NCBI GenBank assembly: GCA_973895155.1
Contig: OZ316897.1
Span: 708,515-772,514 of the forward strand
Reading direction: 5' to 3'
Length of the DNA: 64,000 bases
From: Marsupella aquatica
Taxonomy: Eukaryota; Plantae; Marchantiophyta
Part shown: positions 51,099-63,203 of the stretch, piece by piece
Position numbering within the stretch: position 1 is the first letter of the stretch
Layout: every line of letters starts with the position of its first letter
Notes under the pieces: model-generated
What the model saw: only the letters and a program-made list of their open reading frames with translations
Told to the model about the DNA's origin: nothing
Databases searched by the model: none
Position numbers and translations under genes: made by a program

Positions 51099-54000
51099 AT
51101 GAGTAAATTTATGCGAGGGGATGAAGTTTCATTGATAATTGATGGTTTTGAAGTGGCAGTTGGGACCATCCAAAAGGTTGATCCCAAAGACACTATACAC
51201 AATATTTGTCTTGGGAAAAATCGAATTGGGGTCCTTATCGAGAGGTGTCTTGAAACATCTTGTCCACTACCATTTCCATCCAAAACATCATCGAGCCTAG
51301 GTGATGCACTTGACTCGTGTGTGATCTGGGATTCTTCCTTGGCATATTTGAGGTCTTCAACATTGCCGAAAAGAACCGCTGTGGATGGTGTTCCTACTCC
51401 AGTGGACGGGGATGAAGGATGTTCCGAAATGGATGTTGGTGGTAAAGGAGACAACCTTGCTGAAGGAGAGGAGGTTGAGATGTTCATTTTAGATGAACTT
51501 GTATCAAAAGGAGTTGTCTTCAATACCAATCCAATGGACACTTGTCATAGTGAACGACTCGGTGTTGGCCGTGTCAGTATACAAATATCAGAGGTTGTTC
51601 AGGGAAATAGAAAATTACCGTATCCGCATCCTGGAGCTGACACAGTGCAAGAGGCAACGCAGACTTGGGTAATGTGGGATGTTGCTGATGTTTCAAGAAA
51701 AGGCTCTATTCGAGGTTCTGGCATGTTTGTTGGTGCAAACCCGGGTGCAAACCCGGGTGCAAACCTGTTTAAGGATCTTCCATTGAAAGATTTTACAATG
51801 CGTTCCAACTGGATGGCAGAGGAAGTTGACTTGTATGATGTTTCTCGTTGTCGTAAGGTTGCGATAGGGGTTATCACAGTTCCTTTTGAAGCAGGTGCTG
51901 TTGATGATGAACTTCTTGGTCCAGAGCATGTGGGTGTAGCTGTTGTGAATATCAACGATCCCGCATTATTTCCAAATATCCGTGCTGGTACTCCAGGTTT
52001 GGTGAGGTGGGAAATCAAATCTTTGTTGTTGATTTCATCTCAAATGTTTCTCGGGGATATCCTTGAGAAAGGTTCACATGTGTGGATAGAATCGGGTCGA
52101 AATGAGAGCGACCCGGATTTGGATGGTGATGGGAAACCTCCAAAAATACCTTATAATTTCATTAGAAGGACCAAAGTGGATCTGGAGGAGAAAAAAAAAA
52201 CATTTGCAATCAAGGGCGCTTTTGAAAATCACCGAGGAGTCCATTGATTCCATCCAAAGAGAAGGTTGTTGCAGGTTAAAGTGTTGCTTGAACATGCCAA
52301 GAGAGGACTTGGAGGCAATGAGGAGGGAATTTCATGGAATGTCAAGTGACAACAAAACAAGTCATATCTTCAATCTTTTTGGGTGTAGAGAAGACCAAGT
52401 CAAGAGAAAAGGATTTTTTGTTCTAAAGGGACGTGTGGTTTGTAAGGATGCGTTCATAAAAATGCATGGGTTTAGTACGGCAAAGTATTATGATTACAAA
52501 AATCAGTACGAAGCTTGGTGCACAATTGGTTTCCATGGAAATCAAGGGCAACATAAGACACGATCAAGCACCTTGCATGCTCGTGCATTGTTGGAGTCCA
52601 TTTTAATCCAAAATGGAGAACCAATGCCACATCTTCCCTATGGTGGGTCCAACGGCACCGATACTGTCGAATATCGACTCCCATCATGTTTCACTAAGAA
52701 GGAGATTTTTCAAGAGGTATTTGCAAAGATGGAATTGGACGGCTATGCTAAGGTTACTGAAGTTACCATGTACAACATCTGGAAAAATTCTTTTGATAAT
52801 TTTGACTTTCACAAGGGCAGTGCATTTGCCAAGTGCACATTTTGCACTGAGTTCAAAGATCAATTAATGCGGGAGAAGAGAAAAAAAGAGCGTGCAGAGA
52901 TTGAAGAGAAAAGAGCACGACATCTTCGTGAACAAATGTCAAGGAGATATGTTTACTATGCTCATAGGGTTCTTGCAAAGAAGGATCCTCAAAACTATCT
53001 TTGCATTATTCATGATAAGATGGACCAAGCCAAGACTTGGATCCCCAGATTGGTCCCCACTCCAAAATCTCTCTCTGGTAGTGGTCAACCTCTGCCCATT
53101 GCCCTTACTGGGATGTTAACCCATGGAAGGGATCCAGGAGTGTATGCACACTTTAGTTTGACTGGCCTTTGGCCTGGAGATGCAGACTTCACTGTGACAT
53201 CTTTGGCCAAATGCCTTCGAGATTTGGAGGATTACACTGGAGACAAAACGGGAGACATGCTTGAAGCTTTCAATTGGAACGCAACTAGGCCAATATTTCA
53301 GTCTCTTTTGGACTTTGAAGCATTTCAAGCGGGTTACTTGGAACCCAAAAATGTTTCAATTCTCAAGTTTCAAGGCCTTGATGACGGTAAGGAGAGCCAA
53401 AAAACCAGCACAACAGATGCTGGTTCTAGAGTTGATCCTGAGACTACGAGCTCTTTCAAGCCCTTACCAAGGCACCTAACACTGCAGATGGACAATTCAG
53501 GAAAAGATAATAAAAATCAATATGTGATGGCATTTTGCAGCGAGCTTGTTAGCAGGGGGGTGTTTGAAACTGTGCAAATGTCATTCCTCATGGTTGGCCA
53601 CACCCATGAGGATGTGGATGCACTATTTTCTCAAGTATCCAAACAGGTCAGGTACAAAGAGGTTGCTACCCTCCTTGCGTTGATGGCTGAGGTTTGGGAG
53701 TGTGAAAGCATCCATCCCGTACCACGATTGATTCAGGAGGTTGCATCTTACAAGCACTATTTGAAGGCTTTCCAAGTGAAAGAGATTGAAGGTCACTCAA
53801 AACCAGTGGCATTTCTATTCTCCATGAGGGATAATTTGCCAGTGTATCAATATAAAGCACATGTCAAACAACCTTGGCTTCCAGCAATAGGGAGGTCAAT
53901 TTGGAGAACTGATCTCATCACAAACACGCTCATTTTACCGGAGGGCCAACCATTTGCAAAACCTATATCGGGGGAGGTACAAAAGAAAGCCGAGGAAATC

Positions 54001-54846
54001 ATCCCATTCCTTAATCGTTACATTGATTTCTTGAGGAAAAGTTGCCAGGATGAGACCTCTGCAGCATACCGCGAGAGATTTCCTTTGGTGAAATATTGGG
54101 AGAGGCTTGTTATGGCACTCTCTGAGGCACTTACAATAGAAGGGGAGGGAGAAAGACAATTGTCATTGACAACTGATTTCTGGCCAAAGACTAACCATGG
54201 CACAGGTTACAAGGTGATTTTGGGGACCTCTCAACCTTCAAGTGAACCTACTCAAAATTCAGAGATGATGGACCTTCAAAATGAGTACATGGAAGAGATG
54301 GAAGGTCAAGCTGCACCCTTCGTTGGTGCACGAGAAGAGCGAGAACTTGCACGTTGGATTCCCCTACAAGATATTCAAGAGGGTCACTTTGTGTTTTTAC
54401 GTCCAGAGGATGAATGGGAGCAAAAAAATGGCAAAGGGCGTTTCTGGTTAGTTCGAGCTTTGGGTGGTGTGGATCCAAACCATGAGGTTTCTTCACTAGA
54501 TTTGCAATTCAGTGAAGGGTCTTCTTCAAGGTTTTCTAAGAGCATTCACCTAAGTAGCATTCCTAAGCGGTATGCTCCTATGTTCCAAGTGCAATGGTGG
54601 AGGTCTAAACATGGTAAGCATGATGCAAAGGATGATGTTCGATACGAACGTTGCTTTCAGACCACTAAGACTTGGGAGCTAGATCCTGGGTTTAGCACTA
54701 TCACTCAAAGTTGGCAGTTTGCAAATTCTGCAATGTATGGGTTTAAGTCAGGTGCCAAAGAACAAAATATTATGGATAGAGGTTTGACAATTCCCAAGAA
54801 TGTTTTGAAAACTCTCAAAACTTACATGGAAGGTATTGATGAGTAG
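51099..54846 (+). CDS. Transposase: three Tnp1/EnSpm-like repeats followed by a Cys-rich region and a Sola-like DDD core; one +1 frameshift in an A10 run
   Basis: ORFs 51099-52247 and 52102-54846 join into ~1248 aa if A10 (52191-52200) were A9. Motifs IIHDKMDQAK, LQMDNSGKDNKN, FLMVGHTHEDVDALFS and FAKCTFC. N-terminal repeats VAVGTI...P...H...LG.....V.I.....LP.P.....DA....VIW. Confidence 0.85.
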
Positions 54847-55431
54847 AGTGATAGAGTGGTCACAAGTGTCCACTATGTAATGACTTGTAGGTAGGAGGGT
54901 CAAGTTAATTTCCATGCATTTGTCTAAAGTAAGTGAGAGAACAAGGCTTGCAATCAAATACTCTATGATCTTTCTTAGTTATTGAATGGACTTTTTGATA
55001 AAAATTGTTATTTTTGTCTTAGTACATATATTTCTAGAAAATGATGGCAGTTCTAAGTTACTTGGATGTCATCCTAGTTTGAATATAAGATATTTAACTT
55101 GTCTAGCATTTCATTGCTGCTTAGATAATGATCCTATCCAAGCTAGATGTTTTGAGTATAGATGCTATCCAAGCTTATGTGTTATTACACACGTTCTATC
55201 TATTTTCAACCAAATGAACACTTTTTATCACCCAAATGTTTTTTAATATTATCCAAATTAATATTTTCTTTGCCCAAATGTCTATTTTTTTGCCCCAAAT
55301 TTATAATTCATGATGCTTAAATTTTCATTTTTCATCCTTCAAATTTACAATTCTTATGCCTAAAAGTGTGTTTTTAAATGCCCAAATTTCCAAATCTTCT
55401 TTATAATTCCACTTTTAATGAATATAGTGAT

Positions 55432-57190
55432 GAATGGAAGAAAAAGAAAACCCAGGAGCACAATGTTTTGCTAAGTCCTCAAAGGCACTAGAGGGCGGCT
55501 GATGGAACATGGCTCTTAGGTGAACAATTCACTTTCTCATTTGCTTTCTAGGTGAACAATAGAACCCTAGGGACCTGCTTAATTTTTAATGATTTTTTCT
55601 TTTTAATGTCAGCTAATTGTAAGCGATAGTAACTAAATTGGGCATGCCTTATCTAATTTTCTTAGATTAATTTCTGACTATTAGATAACGTAGCTGGTAA
55701 GGTTCATAGTTAGGTGAAAACTGGCTAAATAAATAGAAGAAAAAGAAAACCCAGGCTAGCAATTTTTTGCCAAGTCCTCAAAGGCACTAGAGGGCGGCTG
55801 ATGGAACATGGCTCTTAGGTGAACAGAACTTCACTTTCTCATTTGCTTTAGGTGAACAATAGAACCCTCGACACCTGCTTAATTTTTAATGATTTTTTTC
55901 TTTTTAATGTCACCTTATTGTAAAGGAGAGTATATTGGGCATGCCTTATCTAATTTTCTTAGATTAATTTCTTACTATTAGATAACGTGGCTAGTAAGGT
56001 TCATGGTTAGGTGAAAACTGGCTAAATAAATGGAAGAAAAAGAAAACCCAGGCTAGCAATTTTTTGCCAAGTCCTCAAAGGCACTAGAGGGCGGCTGATG
56101 GAACATGGCTCTTAGGTGATCGAAGAGAACTTCACTTTCTTATTTGCTTTAGGTGAACAATAGAACCCTAGGGACCTGCTTAATTTTTATTGATTTTTTT
56201 TCCTTTTAATGTCACCTAATTGTAATTAAACGATAGTAACGAAATTGGGCATGCCTTATCTAATTTTCTTAGATTAATTTCTGACTATTAGATAACGTGG
56301 CTGGTAAGGTTCATGGTTAGGTGAAAACTGGCTAAATAAATGGAAGAAAAAGAAAACACAGGCTAGCAATTTTTTGCCAAGTCCTCAAAGGCACTAGAGG
56401 GCGGCTGATGGAACATGGCTCTTAGGTGAACAGAACTTCACTTTCTCATTTGCTTTAGGTGAACAATAGAACCCTCGACACCTGCTTAATTTTTAATGAT
56501 TTTTTTCTTTTTAATGTCACCTTATTGTAAAGGAGAGTATATTGGGCATGCCTTATCTAATTTTCTTAGATTAATTTCTTACTATTAGATAACGTGGCTA
56601 GTAAGGTTCATGGTTAGGTGAAAACTGGCTAAATAAATGGAAGAAAAAGAAAACCCAGGCTAGCAATTTTTTGCCAAGTCCTCAAAGGCACTAGAGGGCG
56701 GCTGATGGAACATGGCTCTTAGGTGATCGAAGAGAACTTCACTTTCTTATTTGCTTTAGGTGAACAATAGAACCCTAGGGACCTGCTTAATTTTTATTGA
56801 TTTTTTTTCCTTTTAATGTCACCTAATTGTAATTAAACGATAGTAACGAAATTGGGCATGCCTTATCTAATTTTCTTAGATTAATTTCTGACTATTAGAT
56901 AACATGGCTGGTAAGGTTCATGGTTAGGTGAAAACTGGCTAAATAAATGGAAGAAAAAGAAAACACAGGCTAGCAATTTTTTGCCAAGTCCTCAAAGGCA
57001 CTAGAGGGCGGCTGATGGAACATGGCTCTTAGGTGAAGAGAACTTCACTTTCTTATTTGCTTTAGGTGAACAATAGAACCCTAGAGACCTGCTTAATTTT
57101 TAATGATTTTTTCTTTTTAATGTCACCTAGTTGTAGAGGATAGCAACTAAATTGGGCATCACTTATCTAATTTTCTTAGATTAATTTGTA
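55432..57190. repeat. ~300-bp satellite array, right block (~6 units)
   Basis: Same unit as 4695-6985. Confidence 0.97.
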
Positions 57191-57785
57191 ATCAATTTCT
57201 TAGATTAATGCATTTCTAATCAATTTGTCTTGCAACGCGTGAACTCCACAGGGAATGGCATAATATTACTTCAGCCGGCTCACATTTTGGTGGGGGATGC
57301 ACTCTCGGATGTCTGGGTGTGACGCTGCCAGCACGGCGGTTAATGAGTGATCTGTTCTAATCCGTGCTTAGCACGCACGCTAAGGACATAGACTTAGTCC
57401 GTAATAATTAGCATAACAACACTAAAATAGGTAGTAACCACGACTAGGACATCATTAGTCAATAAGAAGCATTTACGCTCGGGCTGGCGGCAGAGCGCCA
57501 TTTGTACCCCGGGTTACAAGCGTGTAGGGATGCCCCTCGGGTCCGTATAACAAATCAAGGGGGCGGCTCGCTGACACACTCTGACCCGGACCTGCGGAGT
57601 GGCCGGTACACTGCAAGCATGAAAGGATCGGCCTATCAAAAGGAGGAAGGGACCGTTCGGCCGACGAGCCCTCAGGGTATAAAAGGCGGGCCATTCTTTC
57701 CTGAAGCACCACCACTTCACCCTTCGCGCCAGCTTCAATCCCAATTTCCTTGTTTGCTCCTTAGTCATCCACCGCCGTTCCCTAT

Positions 57786-58223
57786 ATGTCTATCATGATT
57801 ATGTCCAGTTCTGCCCTTCGGTTTTGGCTTCAATTTCTATCCATCGGAAATCATTTAGCGAAGTTGCTGGCCGAGATCAACCCGCGCTGGTACAAAACCA
57901 AATGGCAGTACGAACGACTCATCCGCCTAGCTGGGCACTCTCACTATAATGGAGATTTCAGCCTCCCGTTCCAGAGCAAGCTCTATTGTGCTGACAAGAT
58001 CTCCAAATACGTCTTCGATGGCCCAAAGTACGTCGGTTTCCAGGAAGCACTCCTTTGGCTTCCGGATAAGGTCTTCACACTCCCGGGCATGATCGACTTA
58101 CAACGACACCACTTCAATCATATCCCCGCCAAAGTCCAGGCTTTTGTAGACTACCAGTTTGGTACCGCAGCTATAGGCGAGACATCTATCCTAACCTCAC
58201 TCGGCTTCCCCTCAACTTGCTGA
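57786..58223 (+). CDS. LTR-internal ORF A (145 aa, unknown function)
   Basis: Open frame downstream of a TATAAAA box at about 57678. Confidence 0.45.
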   Translation: MSIMIMSSSALRFWLQFLSIGNHLAKLLAEINPRWYKTKWQYERLIRLAGHSHYNGDFSLPFQSKLYCADKISKYVFDGPKYVGFQEALLWLPDKVFTLPGMIDLQRHHFNHIPAKVQAFVDYQFGTAAIGETSILTSLGFPSTC

Positions 58224-58228
58224 ATCAT

Positions 58229-60391
58229 ATGGCGCCTCCTCCAGCTACAACCGTCGCCGACTCATTGGTGCCCGCACCAACACCACCTCGGCCTTAGCCA
58301 AGCCAATCTCCACCACCGGTCGCACCACCCCTCCGGGTGCAATCCATGATAAACGCGGTGAACATCAGTTCCAAAGGCAAGGAAGCCCACCCTCCCCTGA
58401 ACCGGCAACCTCAAGGTACAAATCAACATGCGCCGGGCAACCCGACACCACTCACACAAACCTGGGTGGATAACACGGTGACAGTGGCAGCCCCAGCACC
58501 AGTGCTTACGACAGTAGCGTTGCCGCCGCCCGATAGAGAGGATGGGGAGATGTCCCCCTCTTCAAGTCACCCCGAGAACCAGTCTCGGGGTAGGAAGAGA
58601 AAGGAACCCGCAGCCGTATCCGGGCTACCTTTGGCCACGGTTGCGGTGGCCAAGCTGACCATGCATCGCATGGGGGAGAATGTCCACAAGAACATCCTCC
58701 ACCCCAAGCATGCATGCTACCTGAAGACCCAAGGGTTTGAGCACCTTGACTCTCTCCCTTGGAATGGAAGTAGGTACTACGGGCAGGACATGACGGAGTT
58801 CATCCAGAACTTTGACAAAGCCGGCCAACAAACCCATGCGCACGGGAGAGCGATGTCCCTCAATGAGGCACGTCTTAAGATGATCTTTGGCCTAACCGAA
58901 GGAATAAATTGGGTGGAATCACGAGCTCCCGGGGGCAAAGGAGCCAAGTATCAGTCCTCTAGCTTCCCGGCCGAGGGAGCAGTGGACAACGGATTCTTGA
59001 TGAGGACATGCCTCATCCCGGAGGTAGCAGAACGGCTGGAGTTCCAGCGGTACACCCTCCACATGATGGAACCAAGGGGTGAAATATCCGCCGCCCAAGT
59101 CATCTAGGTCGAGAACTACCGGCCTAGGAAGTGGGCATCCTTCTTCGTCAAGAAGTTCCACCAGGAGATGGAGCGGAGAAGGAAGACTTTGTACCTCGGT
59201 GGGAAGGCGTACCTCGCTAGCCACATTGAAATCATCATCGAGTGGTATGCCCGTTTTGACCGCCAAAGCCTCCCTTGTATCAACGAGCCCGAGCTGACCA
59301 CATCACGGTGGGTATTCCCGGCCCAGGAGAGGCGACCTCAGCCCGAGGCCCAAAGTCTGGTGGCCGTGAGACCTACTACCCCGGCCCCGCAACCAGCCGC
59401 TGCCGCCCCTTTGAATGTACCGGACAATGGAGTTATCGCGACCCTGGACTCGATCAACCAGGCAGGTCAGCGCGATTGAAGCCGGGCTGGTAGAGGCCGG
59501 ACCCGAGCCCGAGACTACAGTTGCAGAGGACGTCCCGCTAACCTCCACGGTTGTTCAGGAGAACCGACCACCCCGTGCAAACCCAACCCCCTCTACCGTC
59601 ATACTTCAAGGGCTGGATGTCACCACTCCAACTCCCGCGCGAGCTGAGGTCTGTCCTTGCCCAAACCCGGATGGGCATAGTCTGGAATACCCGGAACTTT
59701 TTGCACCGGGCACGTTTTTGAATGGGTTGCTGGGAGACTTCTCTCAACAAATTGCACGGGATACCGGGGAGTACATGGCACGGAAGGTGGCCTACTTCTT
59801 CAACCAGGAATTGGTTGCTGCTGTGCAAGCAGGGCATGCGCAACCTGAGGCTACGCAGAGAATAGAGTGGTATCGGGTTGAGTCTACCCACCTGAAAGAT
59901 GAAGTTGCAACCCGGGAGACCAAACTCCAACTGCTGCGGCCTCAGGTAGCGGCCACTAAAGATCAGGTGGCCAAAGCTAGGGCCTGAGCAGCCTTGGCAG
60001 AGCAGGCCAGAGCTGGGAAGGACGCCGAGATTGCACGGCTCCAAACCCAGATTGATGGTTTGAAGGGACAAGCCGTCATCTGGCAAAAGGATGTGGAGGA
60101 GGCTGACGCTCGGGCCCAATGGGACACAACCAAGATAGACGCCCTGAAGGCGGAAGTGGCACGGCTTCAAGGAGAAGCCACAAAGCAGGCCCAGTTGATG
60201 GACAAGCTGACAAGCAACTGGAAGAGGCATGCCAGGAAGCCGCGGAGGAGACCGACCCGGTGAAGCGAGAGAATGAATCTCTGCTGGACCAGGTCCAGCT
60301 CCTCAAGCAGGACGCCGACCGGCTCAGAAGGCAGCGGGATGGCCGCTCCAAGTCCAACTCTGGCGGATCTAGCAAGCGCGCCAGACATTAG
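58229..60391 (+). pseudogene. LTR-internal ORF B: PMD-like plus coiled coil, homologous to the ORF at 25706-29394
   Basis: GFEHLDSLPW...DMTEFIQNF...IFGLTEG...SFP...NGF...TC..P...E...F.R.T.H...PR.EI..AQV aligns by eye with the Gypsy LTR ORF. Interrupted by TAG/TGA stops and frameshifts. Confidence 0.75.
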
Positions 60392-62135
60392 CGGCGGGAT
60401 AGGTTTAGGATAGAGTTAGGAATAGGATAGTCAGGCGATAAGGACAAGCGCCAAAACTAGTTAGCAACGCTGTCCTATCCAACCAACCTTTGTAGTTTGA
60501 ATCTTAGAATAAGACACGTCGTTTTACGGCCTGACAGTTAGCAGAGTTTAGAATCTGGGATAGCTTAGATTCGAGCACGTGGTCGGTCTGGACCCCGGCT
60601 CTTAGTATTTAGTGTACCCCCCGGTAGAGGCAGGGGGGATTTTAGTTTCAGAACCAGGTATCCGCAAGATGTGCGGGGAGTCCCGACCTTTGTGAGTAAA
60701 AGAATACCAAGGAGGGAGGGTACGACTAAGCTCGCTGGGCGAGTGCGGAGCCGGGCTCCGTTGTAGTGTATGCCGCTATGCCGTTGGGCCTATTTACTCA
60801 AGAGATGTCGAGTCAACCGTGTATATGTATATGACGGATTCTGAAGTAAAGTCTTTTCCCACCATTTCCTTCGTGTAAACCGAGATTGTATGTGCGTGAG
60901 TTTAGTTGCATGTATGAATCTCGTATATGGGTAGAGAATGCCTGGCCGAACGCATCATCCGAGCTGTGCATGGGGTGTAGGCTGCGGATAGTGGTTGCGA
61001 GCCCGGGTTGGATACTTGTATCATTGGATCTGGATCGGAGGCGGACAGTACGAAGGCTTAGAAGCCCTTAAGCCGAGGTCGATCCAGCTATCGACTTAAC
61101 GTACGTTCCGGCGGTGGAACACAAACTATACCCATGACATTTCTATAAGTAGGAATAGGCGCACTTAGCGCTAGATTACGGGAATAATGTTCAGTTTGCA
61201 CATCCCTCCTTGCCCGAACCCTCAAAACTAATGAAGATTATGCCCGTCTAAGCTGAAATCCGTGCAAGGACGAAGCTTATGGCGTGACACTGGGACACAC
61301 AGGTAAACTTTGGCACACATTGAGAGCTACTGTCTACTGGAATCTGTGGAAGGATAGGAGCTCACATTTCATTGAGCACACCAGATTATCTAATGCTCCA
61401 GCAGTCATTAAAAAATCCTGGCACAGACTGGCAATTTACATAAGTAAGGATTGGGCTAGACATAAGTTCAAAATTAAAATGGGCAAATACATGTATGGGG
61501 CTACTCTCAATGACATGACCTTCAACTATGGATCTTGGGCAATATGGGAAATCCATGAGGACACCTTACAGATCCCACCAGTTCCCCCTAGACCCCCATG
61601 AAGGTTTTTGCTTTGTAGGGGTAGAAGTTGTATTATAGGCTATACTGTCTGATAGTTTTGTCTATCACGGAGTGGGTGCCCCGCTCACACCTGTCCACTG
61701 GCCGGTCTTTTGGGGTTTGAGTCGCCCCTTATACGGTGGTTGAATTTCTGGTTTGGCTTCCTTTCTTGGGGCTTGTTTGTCTCCTGGTCCTGGCTCCCCC
61801 GGTCCTCTAGGCTTTTGAACCTCTGGTCCCCTGCCTACCCCCTCTTGTGGGCCACCCTTGTTCTATGTTGACTTTTTTAATGAAATTCAATTGGTTTTTT
61901 GGAAGGAAAAAAAAAAGCACAATGGATAGGTACGGAGTCGCAGGGTCAAAAACTATAAGAAGGGCGCGAAGTGCAATGTCCAGCACACCCATCCTCTTCA
62001 GTCCACATCGCTACTAGTTAGCTACTCGATCGCAACTCTTTCCTTCCGTTACCAGTAATTTTTGTGATCAGCAATCGATCCATAAGGTTATACTTCACTC
62101 TCTGCAGCTTGTCCTCATTCCGCCAGTCACTAGAT

Positions 62136-63203
62136 ATGGGAGACGTACGCGAAATATTAGTCTTTCAGGATCAAAAGGAACTTAAATTTATCAACGATAA
62201 CCACTGGTCCTTCCACATCGCCAAATCCGTCGACAAGTCTGATGGAAGTGCAGCAGCCTGCAACACAATCTGGCAATCGAAGGGAACCGCCCCCAATATT
62301 TCCATCCAATGGAACGCAGTTTACGCCTTGAACTGGACCACTGACGTTCCACAAATGGGAAAGTCAGTCTCTCTTGGAGGCAACTGGCAGCGATGTGACA
62401 AAGGCCAAGCTTTCGATCTCGATGCTACCGGTTGCTGGGTCACCTCCGCAACAGTCGGCGTGCCGGACTTCATGTGTATCAACAAGGTCGACTACGAGTA
62501 CCCAGACGTCGAGGGCATCCATTTCATTGTGGGCGTCGAGAACAGCGCCGGGCATTACGACAAAATTTTTGTTGACGAAACTGCTCTTCTCCGAGGTTGC
62601 ACAGCTCGATACCAACCGGTAGAGGGAGTGTATTGGTGGTACGAGGTGGGCCTGAAGACCGGACAGATGCACTATGTCGATAAATCATCATCCGAATTCA
62701 AGGATCTCACAAAGCCCAGCCCTAGCATGCACAAATACTTCTACGCAACGTCTTATAAGATCCCCGAAGGACGTTGGAAGACCCAAGAAACTCGACCGGA
62801 GGGGCAGGTGACAGCTGCTCTTGCGTCCGAGCTTGTTCCCACACTCAGTCCCAATGCAAGCATCGGCAAGGCTCCGATCACGGTGGATGGGGGGCCCGCT
62901 GTGAGAAAGATCCTTTTCGGCGTCCCCGTTGGAAATCCAAGGAGCCAAGCTATCATCAAGGGCAGAATGGAAAAGTCATTCTCCATCAAATACAAAGATG
63001 TCCAGGTGAGATGGGCGTCCTTCTCTGAACTTTGGATGACTCTTACTGGATGGAAGGATTCCCCACCAACAAATTCTGTCCAGGCAATTGGGCCGCCGAA
63101 AGACGACATTGATGCAGAGATAAAGAACGTGCTGGAAAAGTCAGCAGACGTCCTTCCGAGCCACGAGAAATGGGTGATAGAGGACGTCCAGGGTCCGTAC
63201 TGA
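62136..63203 (+). CDS. Intronless hypothetical protein (~355 aa, beta-rich N-terminal domain)
   Basis: Long uninterrupted ORF from ATG 62136 with normal composition, outside any recognised TE. Confidence 0.7.
   Translation: MGDVREILVFQDQKELKFINDNHWSFHIAKSVDKSDGSAAACNTIWQSKGTAPNISIQWNAVYALNWTTDVPQMGKSVSLGGNWQRCDKGQAFDLDATGCWVTSATVGVPDFMCINKVDYEYPDVEGIHFIVGVENSAGHYDKIFVDETALLRGCTARYQPVEGVYWWYEVGLKTGQMHYVDKSSSEFKDLTKPSPSMHKYFYATSYKIPEGRWKTQETRPEGQVTAALASELVPTLSPNASIGKAPITVDGGPAVRKILFGVPVGNPRSQAIIKGRMEKSFSIKYKDVQVRWASFSELWMTLTGWKDSPPTNSVQAIGPPKDDIDAEIKNVLEKSADVLPSHEKWVIEDVQGPY

Larger units (their letters stand above)
36224..55431. mobile_element. Large Sola-like TIR DNA transposon (19.2 kb; ~12.55 kb without the nested Copia)
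   Basis: TIRs ATCACAGTATTCATTAAAACTGGAAATTTAA (36224-36254) and the reverse complement of 55401-55431, ATCACTATATTCATTAAAAGTGGAATTATAA (26/31 identical). 4-bp TSD GAAT (36220-36223, 55432-55435). The empty site matches the satellite variant CTGGCAAATGGAAG at about 6399-6412. Encodes a DDD-type transposase. Confidence 0.88.
57318..61289 (+). mobile_element. 4.0-kb solo LTR (Gypsy-related) containing ORFs
   Basis: TGTGACGC...GCGTGACA termini; 5-bp TSD CTGGG (57313-57317, 61290-61294); no gag/pol and no internal terminal repeat. Confidence 0.85.
57225..61916 (+). mobile_element. 5'-truncated LINE 3' end (57225-57317 plus 61290-61916), split by the solo LTR
   Basis: ORF2-like C-terminus LWHTLRATVYWNLWKDR, a 3' UTR and an A10 tail at 61907-61916. 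Confidence 0.65.

Noticed and set aside
36226-55429. Reading the second element as a CACTA (CAC..GTG ends, 2-bp AT TSD)
   Set aside because: Including AT in the TIR gives a 4-bp GAAT TSD that restores a satellite variant seen at ~6400, and the transposase is not TnpD-like.
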